Shown: positions 16,624 to 24,455 of the stretch, one piece after another | How positions within the stretch are numbered: the first letter of the stretch is position 1 | How the letters are laid out: every line of letters starts with the position of its first letter | IMG/VR virus record: IMGVR_UViG_3300028586_000755 | Span: 1 to 28,162 of that record | Strand: one strand, 5' to 3' | From: a virus | Lineage: Duplodnaviria > Caudoviricetes | Length of the DNA stretch: 28,162 bases | Made by a program: the position numbers and the translations under genes | Notes under the pieces: generated by a model | What the model saw: only the letters and a program-made list of their open reading frames with translations | What the model was told of the DNA's origin: nothing | The model's database searches: none

Positions 16624-17523
16624 TTATTTGTTTTGGGCCTTCATGTAGGCCGAAATCTTGGCTTGGCCCTCAGTCGAGAGAAGCGTAACCCCGTTTTCAG
16701 TCAGGTGCTTCTTGTACTCGTCTAGGGTAGCGAAGTCGGCCGGGTTATCAGTGCCCGAATTATTGGATTTGTCGGCGGCTTTTACCCCAGCGCCGGACCT
16801 CTGAGACTGTTTAATACTCACCACCGTTGGGGCGAACTGAGCGATAAGGGCGGCTTCAGTGAGGGGGGACGCAGTAGTCGTGTCCTTCACAATGGTGCCG
16901 GAGGCCTTATCCTTGAAAACTACTTTGCCATCTACTAGGTCAGCTTCGTATTTCTGATTGAATTTGAACTTCAGAAATTCGCGCTGGCTGTCCAGCAGGT
17001 CGGCCGTGGCGTCGATAGCCAGGCCATTAATGGCGTTGTCGAGGCGGGCATTAATTTGTAGCGTCTTGGCCTCCGTAGCGTGCGTGACTTTCAATTGCTC
17101 TAGCTCCCCATTTTTCTGGATAAGCAAGGCGTCTTTGTCCGCTACCGCTTGGCGCAGCTGCTGCATTAATTCCGACTCGTCGGCGGGCTTGCCGAACTTC
17201 TCTTTGGCAGCGCGGAGCATGTACTCGACGGTGCTTTCTTTCTCGCCCTTCTCAATGCCCGTTTCTTTGAAGATATCCTTTTCAATCTTGCCGTAGGTAT
17301 TCCCAGCAGCAATGCGCTCGGCGTCTTTGGTGACGCTATTACGCTCATTGGTTAAGCGCTCTTCAAATTGAGCGGGTTGAAAAATCTTGAGCGAGCCGAG
17401 AGTTTCGGCAAAGGGTTGAACTTCTGCTTCAGGAGCGTCCTGAGACAAAAACTGAGTGAGAACTTCCGGCGTGGTAGCCAGTTTGGCGGCCAAGCTAGAA
17501 ACTGTGGTTGGGTTGAGTTCCAT
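16624..17523 (-). CDS. Capsid scaffolding protein (299 aa)
   Basis: Coiled-coil, charged, with a Gly/Ser linker (RSGAGV) and a short C-terminal helix; directly upstream of the capsid gene. Confidence 0.75.
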   Translation of the reverse strand: MELNPTTVSSLAAKLATTPEVLTQFLSQDAPEAEVQPFAETLGSLKIFQPAQFEERLTNERNSVTKDAERIAAGNTYGKIEKDIFKETGIEKGEKESTVEYMLRAAKEKFGKPADESELMQQLRQAVADKDALLIQKNGELEQLKVTHATEAKTLQINARLDNAINGLAIDATADLLDSQREFLKFKFNQKYEADLVDGKVVFKDKASGTIVKDTTTASPLTEAALIAQFAPTVVSIKQSQRSGAGVKAADKSNNSGTDNPADFATLDEYKKHLTENGVTLLSTEGQAKISAYMKAQNK

Positions 17524-17532
17524 AAGAATGGA

Positions 17533-17853
17533 TTAGATACTGGTGGGTTGTCCGGTGGTGTCCGCGTCCGGCGGCGTGTTGGCAGAGAGCTTCTTGGCCG
17601 CCGCAACGGCTTTATTCCTTTTTGCCTTTGTGGGCAGGTTGGCTACCGAATCACTAACTGCCTCCGTGAATGCAGGCACATCACTAGCCTTAATTCCAAT
17701 TTGACCAGCTACACTCGCAATGGCGTCCGCTTGGTCAGTGATTTCTTCCCACTGCGGGTTCGGATAAGCCAGCAGGCGCTTAGCGTGGTCGGCCTCGAAG
17801 GGTTGGCTCGTTTTGCTGCCTTTCATGCGCAGCAGGATTGTTTTCTCAGACAT
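17533..17853 (-). CDS. Hypothetical head-cluster protein (106 aa)
   Basis: ATG-started ORF in the operon with a basic, low-complexity tail. Confidence 0.7.
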   Translation of the reverse strand: MSEKTILLRMKGSKTSQPFEADHAKRLLAYPNPQWEEITDQADAIASVAGQIGIKASDVPAFTEAVSDSVANLPTKAKRNKAVAAAKKLSANTPPDADTTGQPTSI

Positions 17854-17881
17854 GATGCAGTGCGTTAGAGGTGAGCCCTAG

Positions 17882-17907
17882 AGCCCGGCCACCAAAGCAG
17901 CCGGGCT
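17882..17907. terminator. GC-rich hairpin (weak terminator or mRNA stability element)
   Basis: AGCCCGGC-caccaaagca-GCCGGGCT in the intergenic gap; no U-tract on the sense (minus) strand. Confidence 0.45.
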
Positions 17908-17914
17908 TTCGGAA

Positions 17915-18478
17915 TTACTTGCCGAGCTTTTCGCGCATTTTGGGAACCGTGATATCCTCGTAGGCAGTGGCCTCATCGGGGAACGTCTGCTGGAACAGCG
18001 CGAACCATTCCGTTTTATTGGTTGGTAGGCCGTTTTCGGCATCCTTCTTAGCCTGCGCCTCTCGCGCTTCGCGGGCAATGCGCTCTTCGTCAGTCTCGGG
18101 CTCAACGGGCTCAACGCCCTTCGCCAGATTAGCTAGCTGCAACTCGGCGCGCTCTACAATGCGCTTTACTTCGTCAGCGTTGAGATTGAAAGGGGCGTCT
18201 TCGTGGAAGAGCTGCTTGTAGCGGGCGCGGTAGCTGTCGGCATCGGTAAGCGGCTCAGCAGCCTTCACCGTGTCGTTAGCGGGCGCTACCTGCTCCTTTT
18301 GGGCGGCGGTGCGTGGGTCGTAGATAATGTCGGCCTCTAAGCCTTTGAGGCCAAGCACACCCGCTACTTGCTGGGGGTGGTATAGCTCAATCTTGGGCTC
18401 GATAGCTTGCCCCTGCTTTTTGGTCACGCGCAGGGCGACGTAACCCTCTTCGCCCTTCTTAGGCTGGTACTGACTCAT
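17915..18478 (-). CDS. Head-cluster protein with two HeH/LEM-like helical modules (187 aa)
   Basis: YRARYKQLFHEDAPFNLNADEVKRIV and KTEWFALFQQTFPDE...TVPKMREKL. Confidence 0.6.
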   Translation of the reverse strand: MSQYQPKKGEEGYVALRVTKKQGQAIEPKIELYHPQQVAGVLGLKGLEADIIYDPRTAAQKEQVAPANDTVKAAEPLTDADSYRARYKQLFHEDAPFNLNADEVKRIVERAELQLANLAKGVEPVEPETDEERIAREAREAQAKKDAENGLPTNKTEWFALFQQTFPDEATAYEDITVPKMREKLGK

Positions 18479-18561
18479 GATTGCTTCTTTTTAGAGATGG
18501 ATTTTTTAGGGGCCGGTTTTTTAGGCATCGGCATGCCTTTAGGCATCTTAGGCATTTTCAT
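18475..18561 (-). CDS. Highly basic micro-protein (28 aa), not in the ORF track
   Basis: MKMPKMPKGMPMPKKPAPKKSISKKKQS. Starts 3 nt after the portal stop and has an ATGA overlap with the next gene. Confidence 0.7.
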   Translation of the reverse strand: MKMPKMPKGMPMPKKPAPKKSISKKKQS

Positions 18562-18564
18562 ACG

Positions 18565-20559
18565 CTACGGCTTTATAGGTTCTAACTCACTAGCTACATA
18601 CCATTTGTGCACCTCTTCAGGCATTGAATCTAGTCGAATGCCTAGAGCGGGCTCCGTACTAATAATTTCCACGGTGCCGGGGCCATCCATTGTCATGCCA
18701 CCCATGTGGTGCGCCATGACAGGGCGAACTTCTACCCGCTGACCCTGCTGAGGGAAGCCAGCACCCGCAGTGGCCGAAGCAATAGGTGCGACCACTGCGG
18801 CTTGGCCTTTTGTGCTGCGCTCCGCATCATAGCGGTCGAATTCTTCCAAAATGGTGTCGATTCGGGCGGCAAAAGGCTGGCGCACGCCGAACTGCACCAG
18901 CGGGCCGTTTTCGCGCTCGAAGCGCGCCACGTAATCGTTGAGGTTGCGCTTGCGGCGGAACAGCGCCAGCAACTCGGCATCGTTCGGGGCGGCTAGCACC
19001 CACTGCTGCACTTCGGCCGTGCTGCGGGTAGGCACGGGCTCTAAATAGAGCTTGAGCCGGTTGTACTCCAGTTCCATCGGGTCATCGGCGTACTGGATGT
19101 ATATAATGTCTTCCAAGATGCCGAATAGGGCTGAATCAGGATAGCCAGCGGCTTTAGCAGCCGTGTAGCGGGCTTCGAGTTCGCCTACTGTTTCGATAGC
19201 GTACTTGGTGCCGACGTTGATAGCCGACTGCTTGAAGTCCGAGCCGTGGCGCAGGCGGGCTATTGTGTCGATGACATGCTGCAGCACATGCTTCCACGAG
19301 CGGCCGTAGGTGGCGCAGCGGTCAAAGACGGGTTGCAAGTCTAGGAGCTTCTCAGTGGCTGTTTTAACGCTCGTATCGCGGGTTAAAACTCCTTCTTGGC
19401 CGAGGGCAGCCTGCTCTAATTCGCGGGCTTTCTCGGCCAGTTCAGCCCGTTGCTCAATGGCCGTTTTGATATCGGGCTCAATGTAGCCAGCGGGCGGGCG
19501 CACATCGAACACGGGGCCTTCCCCTGGTGCTGGTATCTCTAGCACGTAGGTTTTATCGGGGCCAACGGGGATTATTTTCCCCTCGCCTGCGCATTTTGGG
19601 CAAGTAACTTGCGACCCATCAGGGTTATTCAAGTACCCAGTGCCAGCGCAATAAAGAGTTGTGTACAGCGCCTCTCCTTCGCACGCATCTTGCAAACGAA
19701 CTGACCGCTGGTAGTTGCACTTGACGCCAAGAGACCAGAATTTCTGAAAGCCGTGGAAGGTCTTGCTCAGCTCGTGCACGTTGTAGTCGCGCAGGTAAGT
19801 TTTAGCCGGGTGTAGGGCCTTATGTAGTAGGCTCGTGCGCGTTACGTCGTTATGGGCAGCTGCGGTAAACAACGAAGGGGGCCAAGCAGGGACATAGCCA
19901 AGCCCGTGCCGCACAGTGCGGGCGGTGCTGTAGCTGAGCTTGCCGCCTTCGCCCGTGATGACGAGATGGGCAAACTGGTCATCGAAGCAGACGTAGTAAT
20001 CTTGGGACTTGTCGTTTACTAGCTCAGTCTGCTTGAGAATCAAGTACTCGAACGTGTTGCCCGTCAGGCTAGCATCGTGAATCTGGCTACTTGGGATGTA
20101 CTCCCAATAGGGGGCCGGCAATTCGTCGGGCGCGTTGGGCTCGGTGGGCAGGTCTACCAGAAAGGCGCCCTGAAAGCCAAGGAAGCTGGCCTGCGCGAAC
20201 TTCTCTTGCAACCGTGGCTGGATTTGCTGCTCAGCCAGGTAGTCTTCGAAGGACTGCTGCGCCTGCGGGGTACTGAACTCGTAGTACTGATTCGCGCCGC
20301 GGGCCGTGAAGACCTTGCCCAGCATTTCGATGTAGGCGCCGAACTTAGGGACGGTGGCCGCTACGGCGATATCCTTGATTTCCTGGCGCTCCTTGGGCGT
20401 CGCCATTGTCGCGTACCCATCGAGAAAGCCCGCCAGTAAATCTGGCGGGCCCTCGATATGGAGCCGATGCAAGCTCTCTAGCTTACGTCCGGCCGCAAGT
20501 GCAGCAGCGTTGGCAGGAGAGGTGCACAGTTCAACGACTTTAGGCGGCTGGAGCAGCAC
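18565..20559 (-). CDS. Portal protein (664 aa) with a Cys-rich insert and a C-terminal His/Met-rich domain
   Basis: Large gene between TerL and scaffold/capsid with portal-like segment order. Contains CAGTG...CPKCAGEG and a C-terminal HHMGGM...HKWYVASEL. Confidence 0.8.
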   Translation of the reverse strand: MLLQPPKVVELCTSPANAAALAAGRKLESLHRLHIEGPPDLLAGFLDGYATMATPKERQEIKDIAVAATVPKFGAYIEMLGKVFTARGANQYYEFSTPQAQQSFEDYLAEQQIQPRLQEKFAQASFLGFQGAFLVDLPTEPNAPDELPAPYWEYIPSSQIHDASLTGNTFEYLILKQTELVNDKSQDYYVCFDDQFAHLVITGEGGKLSYSTARTVRHGLGYVPAWPPSLFTAAAHNDVTRTSLLHKALHPAKTYLRDYNVHELSKTFHGFQKFWSLGVKCNYQRSVRLQDACEGEALYTTLYCAGTGYLNNPDGSQVTCPKCAGEGKIIPVGPDKTYVLEIPAPGEGPVFDVRPPAGYIEPDIKTAIEQRAELAEKARELEQAALGQEGVLTRDTSVKTATEKLLDLQPVFDRCATYGRSWKHVLQHVIDTIARLRHGSDFKQSAINVGTKYAIETVGELEARYTAAKAAGYPDSALFGILEDIIYIQYADDPMELEYNRLKLYLEPVPTRSTAEVQQWVLAAPNDAELLALFRRKRNLNDYVARFERENGPLVQFGVRQPFAARIDTILEEFDRYDAERSTKGQAAVVAPIASATAGAGFPQQGQRVEVRPVMAHHMGGMTMDGPGTVEIISTEPALGIRLDSMPEEVHKWYVASELEPIKP

Positions 20560-20574
20560 AGGAAGCTAGGAGGT

Positions 20575-21174
20575 TTAGGCGTTGACGATACCCTGAATAC
20601 CCACGAGAGGGGCGGCGGCGAAGGGGGCCTCGTCAATGCCGCGGGTCGTCACCGTAATCGGGCGGTGGGTTGGAGCGCCGCCAATACCAGCCTTCTGAAT
20701 GCCGCCAACTACAATAGTTGAGTTTTCATAGGGGCCGAACACCAGGCCTTCTTCGTCTACCTCCCAGGTGCGAACCGGCTTTTGGCGGGCGGTCAGCTGG
20801 TTGAGGGCTGTGTTGTTGCTCGGGGTCAGAAAGTCGATACGGGCCGACATAGTACGCGAGCGGTCGGTGATGCGCGTGCCACCATAGGGGACATCGTTGC
20901 CTGAGAGGGTCGTGTCGGTGGGCGCAGGGACGGTGCCGCCAGCCAGGTTCTTAATCACGAAGAGCTTGTCGGCGCCGCCGTTGCTGGTTGCCGTGAGGGC
21001 CGCTTGCAACGTGGCAAGGCGGGTGTCAGGCGTACCCACCGTGATAAGGTCGGGCGCAACGCCGGCCGGGTCTTGGTAGAGCAGCATAACGGGCTGCTTA
21101 CCTAGGGGCTTGTCGGTGGTGGCGCAATACTCGTTGTTGACTGCCACAAGGGGCAGGGTGCAATCGTCAGCCAT
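20575..21174 (-). CDS. Putative major tail (tube) protein (199 aa)
   Basis: Beta-strand pattern and size are tail-tube-like, it has its own consensus promoter, and no tube gene precedes the chaperones. Confidence 0.5.
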   Translation of the reverse strand: MADDCTLPLVAVNNEYCATTDKPLGKQPVMLLYQDPAGVAPDLITVGTPDTRLATLQAALTATSNGGADKLFVIKNLAGGTVPAPTDTTLSGNDVPYGGTRITDRSRTMSARIDFLTPSNNTALNQLTARQKPVRTWEVDEEGLVFGPYENSTIVVGGIQKAGIGGAPTHRPITVTTRGIDEAPFAAAPLVGIQGIVNA

Positions 21175-21205
21175 TGGGCAAGTCTTTTAAGAGTTAGAGA
21201 CGCGG

Positions 21206-21236
21206 CAAAGCTACGTAACAACTAGGAACTTGCAAA
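21206..21236 (-). promoter_or_regulatory. Consensus Bacteroidetes promoter for the tube-portal-capsid operon
   Basis: TTTG (21236-21233), 19 nt, TAGCTTTG (21213-21206). Confidence 0.85.
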
Positions 21237-21240
21237 CAAA

Positions 21241-21261
21241 AGTTAAAGTATTGCTTTAACT
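21241..21261. promoter_or_regulatory. Palindromic operator, copy D
   Basis: AGTTAAAGTA-T-TGCTTTAACT; core (21243-21259) lies 7 nt upstream of the TTG. Confidence 0.85.
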
Positions 21262-21264
21262 AAA

Positions 21265-22662
21265 TTACAAGAGGCCCCGGTAGGTGCTGGCTAACTCGAA
21301 AAACTCGCGCATCATCAACGCATCGGCGTAGTCGGGCGAGCGGCCCAAGGCGAGCTTCTGGACATCTTTAGGCTGGATGCGCAGCACCCCGTCTTTGTCT
21401 GCGTCCTTGCTCTTAATCTGCCCTAGCTCTTCGGTAAGCGCCTGCTGCTGGGCGGGGCTCATCACGCCGGGCGCAATGAATAACTGCTTGGTGTTTATCC
21501 GCAGCTCCGCTAGCCGGTAGTAGCACTGCGTCTTGAGGTTCTCGCAGTTCTGCGCCTGCCCGGCCATCTTGATAGGGCGCGAGCCGTTCAGGAAGCCCTT
21601 ACTGCCGGGCACCTGGTCCACTACGCCACCCCCAACCCCGTCTTCGTCAATCACCACATTACTCGGCGGCACCTGGTGCTGCTGGCATAGCTTGCGGATA
21701 GCGGCGGCCGTAACGTGCGTCCCCTGCTTCGCCATCTCGACTATCGCCACCACGCGCCAGCCGTGCCAGACGTACAGAATGATTTTATCGCCTCCGAACC
21801 GGGCGGCATCGGCCGTGATATAGCGCTTCGGGCCCGGTAGTATATGCTCATTGGAGAACAGGGCTAGCAGGTTCTCATATGGCATGAGGGCTGTGGGGTC
21901 GTCTTCATACTCCCAATTACCTAGCAGCAGGCGCTCGCGCTTGCTTTGGTCGGTCAGCCCTTGTAGGGCCTCAATAGCGCCCGACTCGCGCATAAGGTTA
22001 TCTCCTACAAGAGATTGCAGGAAAGCTAAACCCGGTTTTAGGACTTTATCCTTAAACGGCTTGTAAAAAGTCGTGTAAAGCCAATTTTTTTTAGGATTGC
22101 AGGTTATTAGCAACTTACCAAGTAGCTTATACTTGTCGTTAAGCTGGCGGCCTATACGGCTTTTCAGCGTGTCATACGCCCCAAAATCAACCTCGCCGCC
22201 CTCTTCGATCCAACCGCCAGTGTACTCGACTGAGCCGTAGCGCTCATACAGCAGGTCACTAGGTAGCAGCTTTAGCTCCAGCAGGTCTACCCGGCTGCCG
22301 TTGGGGAACTGCAAGTAGTGGTCCTGCCCATTGTACTTGTAGGTATTCATTGGCAGGCCGTAAGCCTGCCTGACTTTGCCAAAGGTTAGGTACGTAGACT
22401 CGCGCAGGCGCTTTAATTCTTCGCGGCCGATAAACCAGCGTGTGCCAGGATAGGCCAGGGCATTCATTAGCAACCAGCAGCAACCTAGCCAAGACTTCCC
22501 CCCGTTAGCGCCACCCCCAAACAGCAGGGCCTTTGTAGTTCCATCGGCTAGTACGTGCATGGCTTCTTGCTGCTTAGGGTTAAGCCCAAGCAGGTCGTAG
22601 CGCCCGCGCTTAAATGCAGCGGCTAGCGCATCAGCCCTATTCAGTGCTGGCGCGAGTTGCAT
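21265..22662 (-). CDS. terL: Terminase large subunit (465 aa)
   Basis: Q motif PKQ, Walker A GGGANGGKS, Walker B GGWIEE, coupling motif TCNP, nuclease motifs ITADAARFGGD and SPDYADAL. Confidence 0.96.
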   Translation of the reverse strand: MQLAPALNRADALAAAFKRGRYDLLGLNPKQQEAMHVLADGTTKALLFGGGANGGKSWLGCCWLLMNALAYPGTRWFIGREELKRLRESTYLTFGKVRQAYGLPMNTYKYNGQDHYLQFPNGSRVDLLELKLLPSDLLYERYGSVEYTGGWIEEGGEVDFGAYDTLKSRIGRQLNDKYKLLGKLLITCNPKKNWLYTTFYKPFKDKVLKPGLAFLQSLVGDNLMRESGAIEALQGLTDQSKRERLLLGNWEYEDDPTALMPYENLLALFSNEHILPGPKRYITADAARFGGDKIILYVWHGWRVVAIVEMAKQGTHVTAAAIRKLCQQHQVPPSNVVIDEDGVGGGVVDQVPGSKGFLNGSRPIKMAGQAQNCENLKTQCYYRLAELRINTKQLFIAPGVMSPAQQQALTEELGQIKSKDADKDGVLRIQPKDVQKLALGRSPDYADALMMREFFELASTYRGLL

Positions 22663-23122
22663 TCAGTATTTCGGCTAAGGCTTCATCAGATAGCTTATCG
22701 TAGTCTACAGCGCCTATCTGCTGGCCTTTGCTAGTTATATCAATGGCTTTGGGCGGGGTATAGCCGCGCTCTTTACCCTTGGTCTTGAGGAAGAAGATAA
22801 CTGAGGCAGCATCAGGCCCATAGTGCCTAATCATGGGCACCTCAATGGGCTCCTTGGTGTCACTATTCAAGAAAACCTTAGTTTCGGGCAACGTGTAGCC
22901 CTGCATGAGCTTGTGCAACTGAGACTCCCCAAAGTCTAAAGCAACGTCCGTGATTTCGGCAACTGCTTTTTTAAAGTCCTCATCCTCTCCAAGCCATTTA
23001 TAGTACGTGCTACGGGCAATGCCCGCCCGCTTACAGGCTGTTGTAACAACGCCAAGGCTGGCCTCAAGGGCAGCCAGCAAGTTCTTTTTAGTGGTGTCCG
23101 AAGTGTCCGATGCCTCAACCAT
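22637..23122 (-). CDS. terS: Terminase small subunit (ATG 23122 preferred over TTG 23134)
   Basis: N-terminal HTH (GVVTTACKRAGIARSTYYKW...DF), IFFLKTKGKERGY; overlaps terL. Confidence 0.88.
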   Translation of the reverse strand: MVEASDTSDTTKKNLLAALEASLGVVTTACKRAGIARSTYYKWLGEDEDFKKAVAEITDVALDFGESQLHKLMQGYTLPETKVFLNSDTKEPIEVPMIRHYGPDAASVIFFLKTKGKERGYTPPKAIDITSKGQQIGAVDYDKLSDEALAEILNATRASTE

Positions 23123-23720
23123 TACGCAGGCCAACTTGCACGGTATAGCTAGCTCCGTTGTACTTGCGGTCGATCAGTTCAGTAATATCCGTCTCAGCGC
23201 TGGCCAGCTGCTCGGGCGTATCAAAGCGGATAAGTAGGCTAGGTCGGGTATCTTCCGGCTCTTCCTCGGGCATTTCGCCATCAGGCGCATCATCTGCCCC
23301 ACTGCCACTGCTAGCTTCGGTGGGCTCGGCTAACCAATCGGCAGGCAGGTCAATGCCCCAAGCGCCCAACGGGTGCTCGCTCCATTCGTTTGCCAGCACC
23401 TCCCAATCCCACTCGCCAAAGCTGGCGTTATCCTTAATCATGAACTCGCGCTTTTGGGCCTCGGTCCAGTTCGTAACCCGAAGTACTGGCACATCCGTGT
23501 AGCCTAAGCGCATGGCAGCATGCAGGCGCATATTGCCCCCTAGCACGAAGCCCTCTTCGTCCACCACGAGCGGACGGACACGAAGCATGTCGGGGAAGGC
23601 AATGAGCGACTGCACTAATTGCTCAAAGCGATTATCCTTGATAAGCCGCGGATTATCCGGGTGCAGCTTTATTTGGTCGATAGGGGCGACCTCTATTACG
23701 GGGCTGTGACTCTCAGGCAT
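23115..23720 (-). CDS. ParB/Srx N-terminal domain protein (201 aa), no HTH or methyltransferase domain
   Basis: HPDNPR, RPLVVDE, GGNMRLHAA, IKDN...GEWD, then an acidic linker; upstream of terS. Confidence 0.88.
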   Translation of the reverse strand: MPESHSPVIEVAPIDQIKLHPDNPRLIKDNRFEQLVQSLIAFPDMLRVRPLVVDEEGFVLGGNMRLHAAMRLGYTDVPVLRVTNWTEAQKREFMIKDNASFGEWDWEVLANEWSEHPLGAWGIDLPADWLAEPTEASSGSGADDAPDGEMPEEEPEDTRPSLLIRFDTPEQLASAETDITELIDRKYNGASYTVQVGLRNG

Positions 23721-23747
23721 GGCGCTGAAAACTGGCGATTTACAGCG

Positions 23748-23777
23748 CGAAGTTAAAGTGTTACTTTAAGTATTCAA
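23748..23777 (-). promoter_or_regulatory. Packaging-operon promoter with operator copy E covering the spacer and -7
   Basis: TTG (23777-23775), 19 nt, TAACTTCG (23755-23748). TTAAAGTG-T-TACTTTAA at 23753-23769. Confidence 0.8.
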
Positions 23778-23942
23778 TGCAAGTGGCATAGGCACATCAA
23801 GTTTAGTCACTGATGCGTCCCAGCCGCAGCGGTGCAGGGCCTGCAATTCAGAGGTGGCGCCAAACTCGGAGCGATAGTACGCCTCTGCTACTTCGCGCAC
23901 TGGCCAAGGCGTGCAATAACTAAGCACCCAGAACTCAATCAC
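23766..23942 (-). CDS. Hypothetical protein (58 aa from GTG 23942)
   Basis: GTG overlaps the end of the upstream gene; the stop codon lies inside operator E. Confidence 0.5.
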   Translation of the reverse strand: MIEFWVLSYCTPWPVREVAEAYYRSEFGATSELQALHRCGWDASVTKLDVPMPLALNT

Positions 23943-24234
23943 GGTCACTCCCCTTCTGCTGCTCGAATATATCAGCCACATTGAGAACACCCTTGATATA
24001 GAAATAAAAAGCCTGCTCAATATCAGGGGCGCTATTACCTACCTGCCGTAGCTGTTCGCCATTTAACTCAGGTAGTCCAGCAAGGAGCCAAGACTTATAG
24101 CCAGCAGAATACTTAAAGAGCGCATTCTTACGCAATTCAGCAGGCATAAAAGAGATGGCATCAAAGAGGGCGCGAAACTCCTTGTTATGAAAAATCGGGT
24201 CAAACGAATAATCGCAATAAGCATCACTATGCAC
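23935..24234 (-). CDS. Hypothetical protein (99 aa)
   Basis: GTG start overlaps the RHH gene stop; AT-richer than the flanks. Confidence 0.6.
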   Translation of the reverse strand: MHSDAYCDYSFDPIFHNKEFRALFDAISFMPAELRKNALFKYSAGYKSWLLAGLPELNGEQLRQVGNSAPDIEQAFYFYIKGVLNVADIFEQQKGSDRD

Positions 24235-24400
24235 AGCCGCCTCCTTTCTGTGCTTTGCGCTCTAGCCGCTTCTGCTCTTGCTGTACTAGGCGAGCGGCGG
24301 CCTGCGCCTGTGTCTCGCCAGTAGTGCTAGCTATCTGCTTGAAGGCATCGCGGGTGTCCGGCGCCACCCACATCATTGCTTGTTGTCCGTTTTTAAGCAT
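24227..24400 (-). CDS. Ribbon-helix-helix (Arc/CopG-like) regulator (57 aa), not in the ORF track
   Basis: MLKNGQQAMMWVAPDTRDAFKQIASTTGETQAQAAARLVQQEQKRLERKAQKGGGCA: strand, helix, Gly turn, helix pattern. Confidence 0.65.
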   Translation of the reverse strand: MLKNGQQAMMWVAPDTRDAFKQIASTTGETQAQAAARLVQQEQKRLERKAQKGGGCA

Positions 24401-24401
24401 G

Positions 24402-24435
24402 GTGCTATACTAAGTGCTATACTTGGTGCTACATT
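24402..24435. repeat. Three direct repeats with 12-bp period
   Basis: GTGCTATACT (24402), GTGCTATACT (24414), GTGCTACATT (24426), between the divergent regulator genes. Confidence 0.85.
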
Positions 24436-24453
24436 TGCGGCCCTTCAAATATA
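24430..24453. promoter_or_regulatory. Face-to-face -7 promoter elements
   Basis: Plus strand TACATTTG (24430-24437) toward the XRE gene; minus strand TATATTTG (24453-24446) toward the RHH gene. No clear -33 boxes. Confidence 0.6.
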
Positions 24454-24455
24454 CA

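Noticed and set aside
23115-23769. Palindromes as dispersed parS centromeres for the adjacent ParB-like protein (N15-style)
   Set aside because: The protein has only the ParB N-terminal domain with no HTH, no ParA is in the window, and fixed spacing to promoter boxes favours transcription-factor operators. Not fully excluded without the rest of the genome.
5081-23769. Palindromes as CRISPR repeats, recombination sites or terminators
   Set aside because: Copies are kilobases apart with no spacers, no recombinase is nearby, the 1-bp centre is unlike tyrosine-recombinase cores, and the AT-rich stems with a 1-nt loop would make poor terminators.
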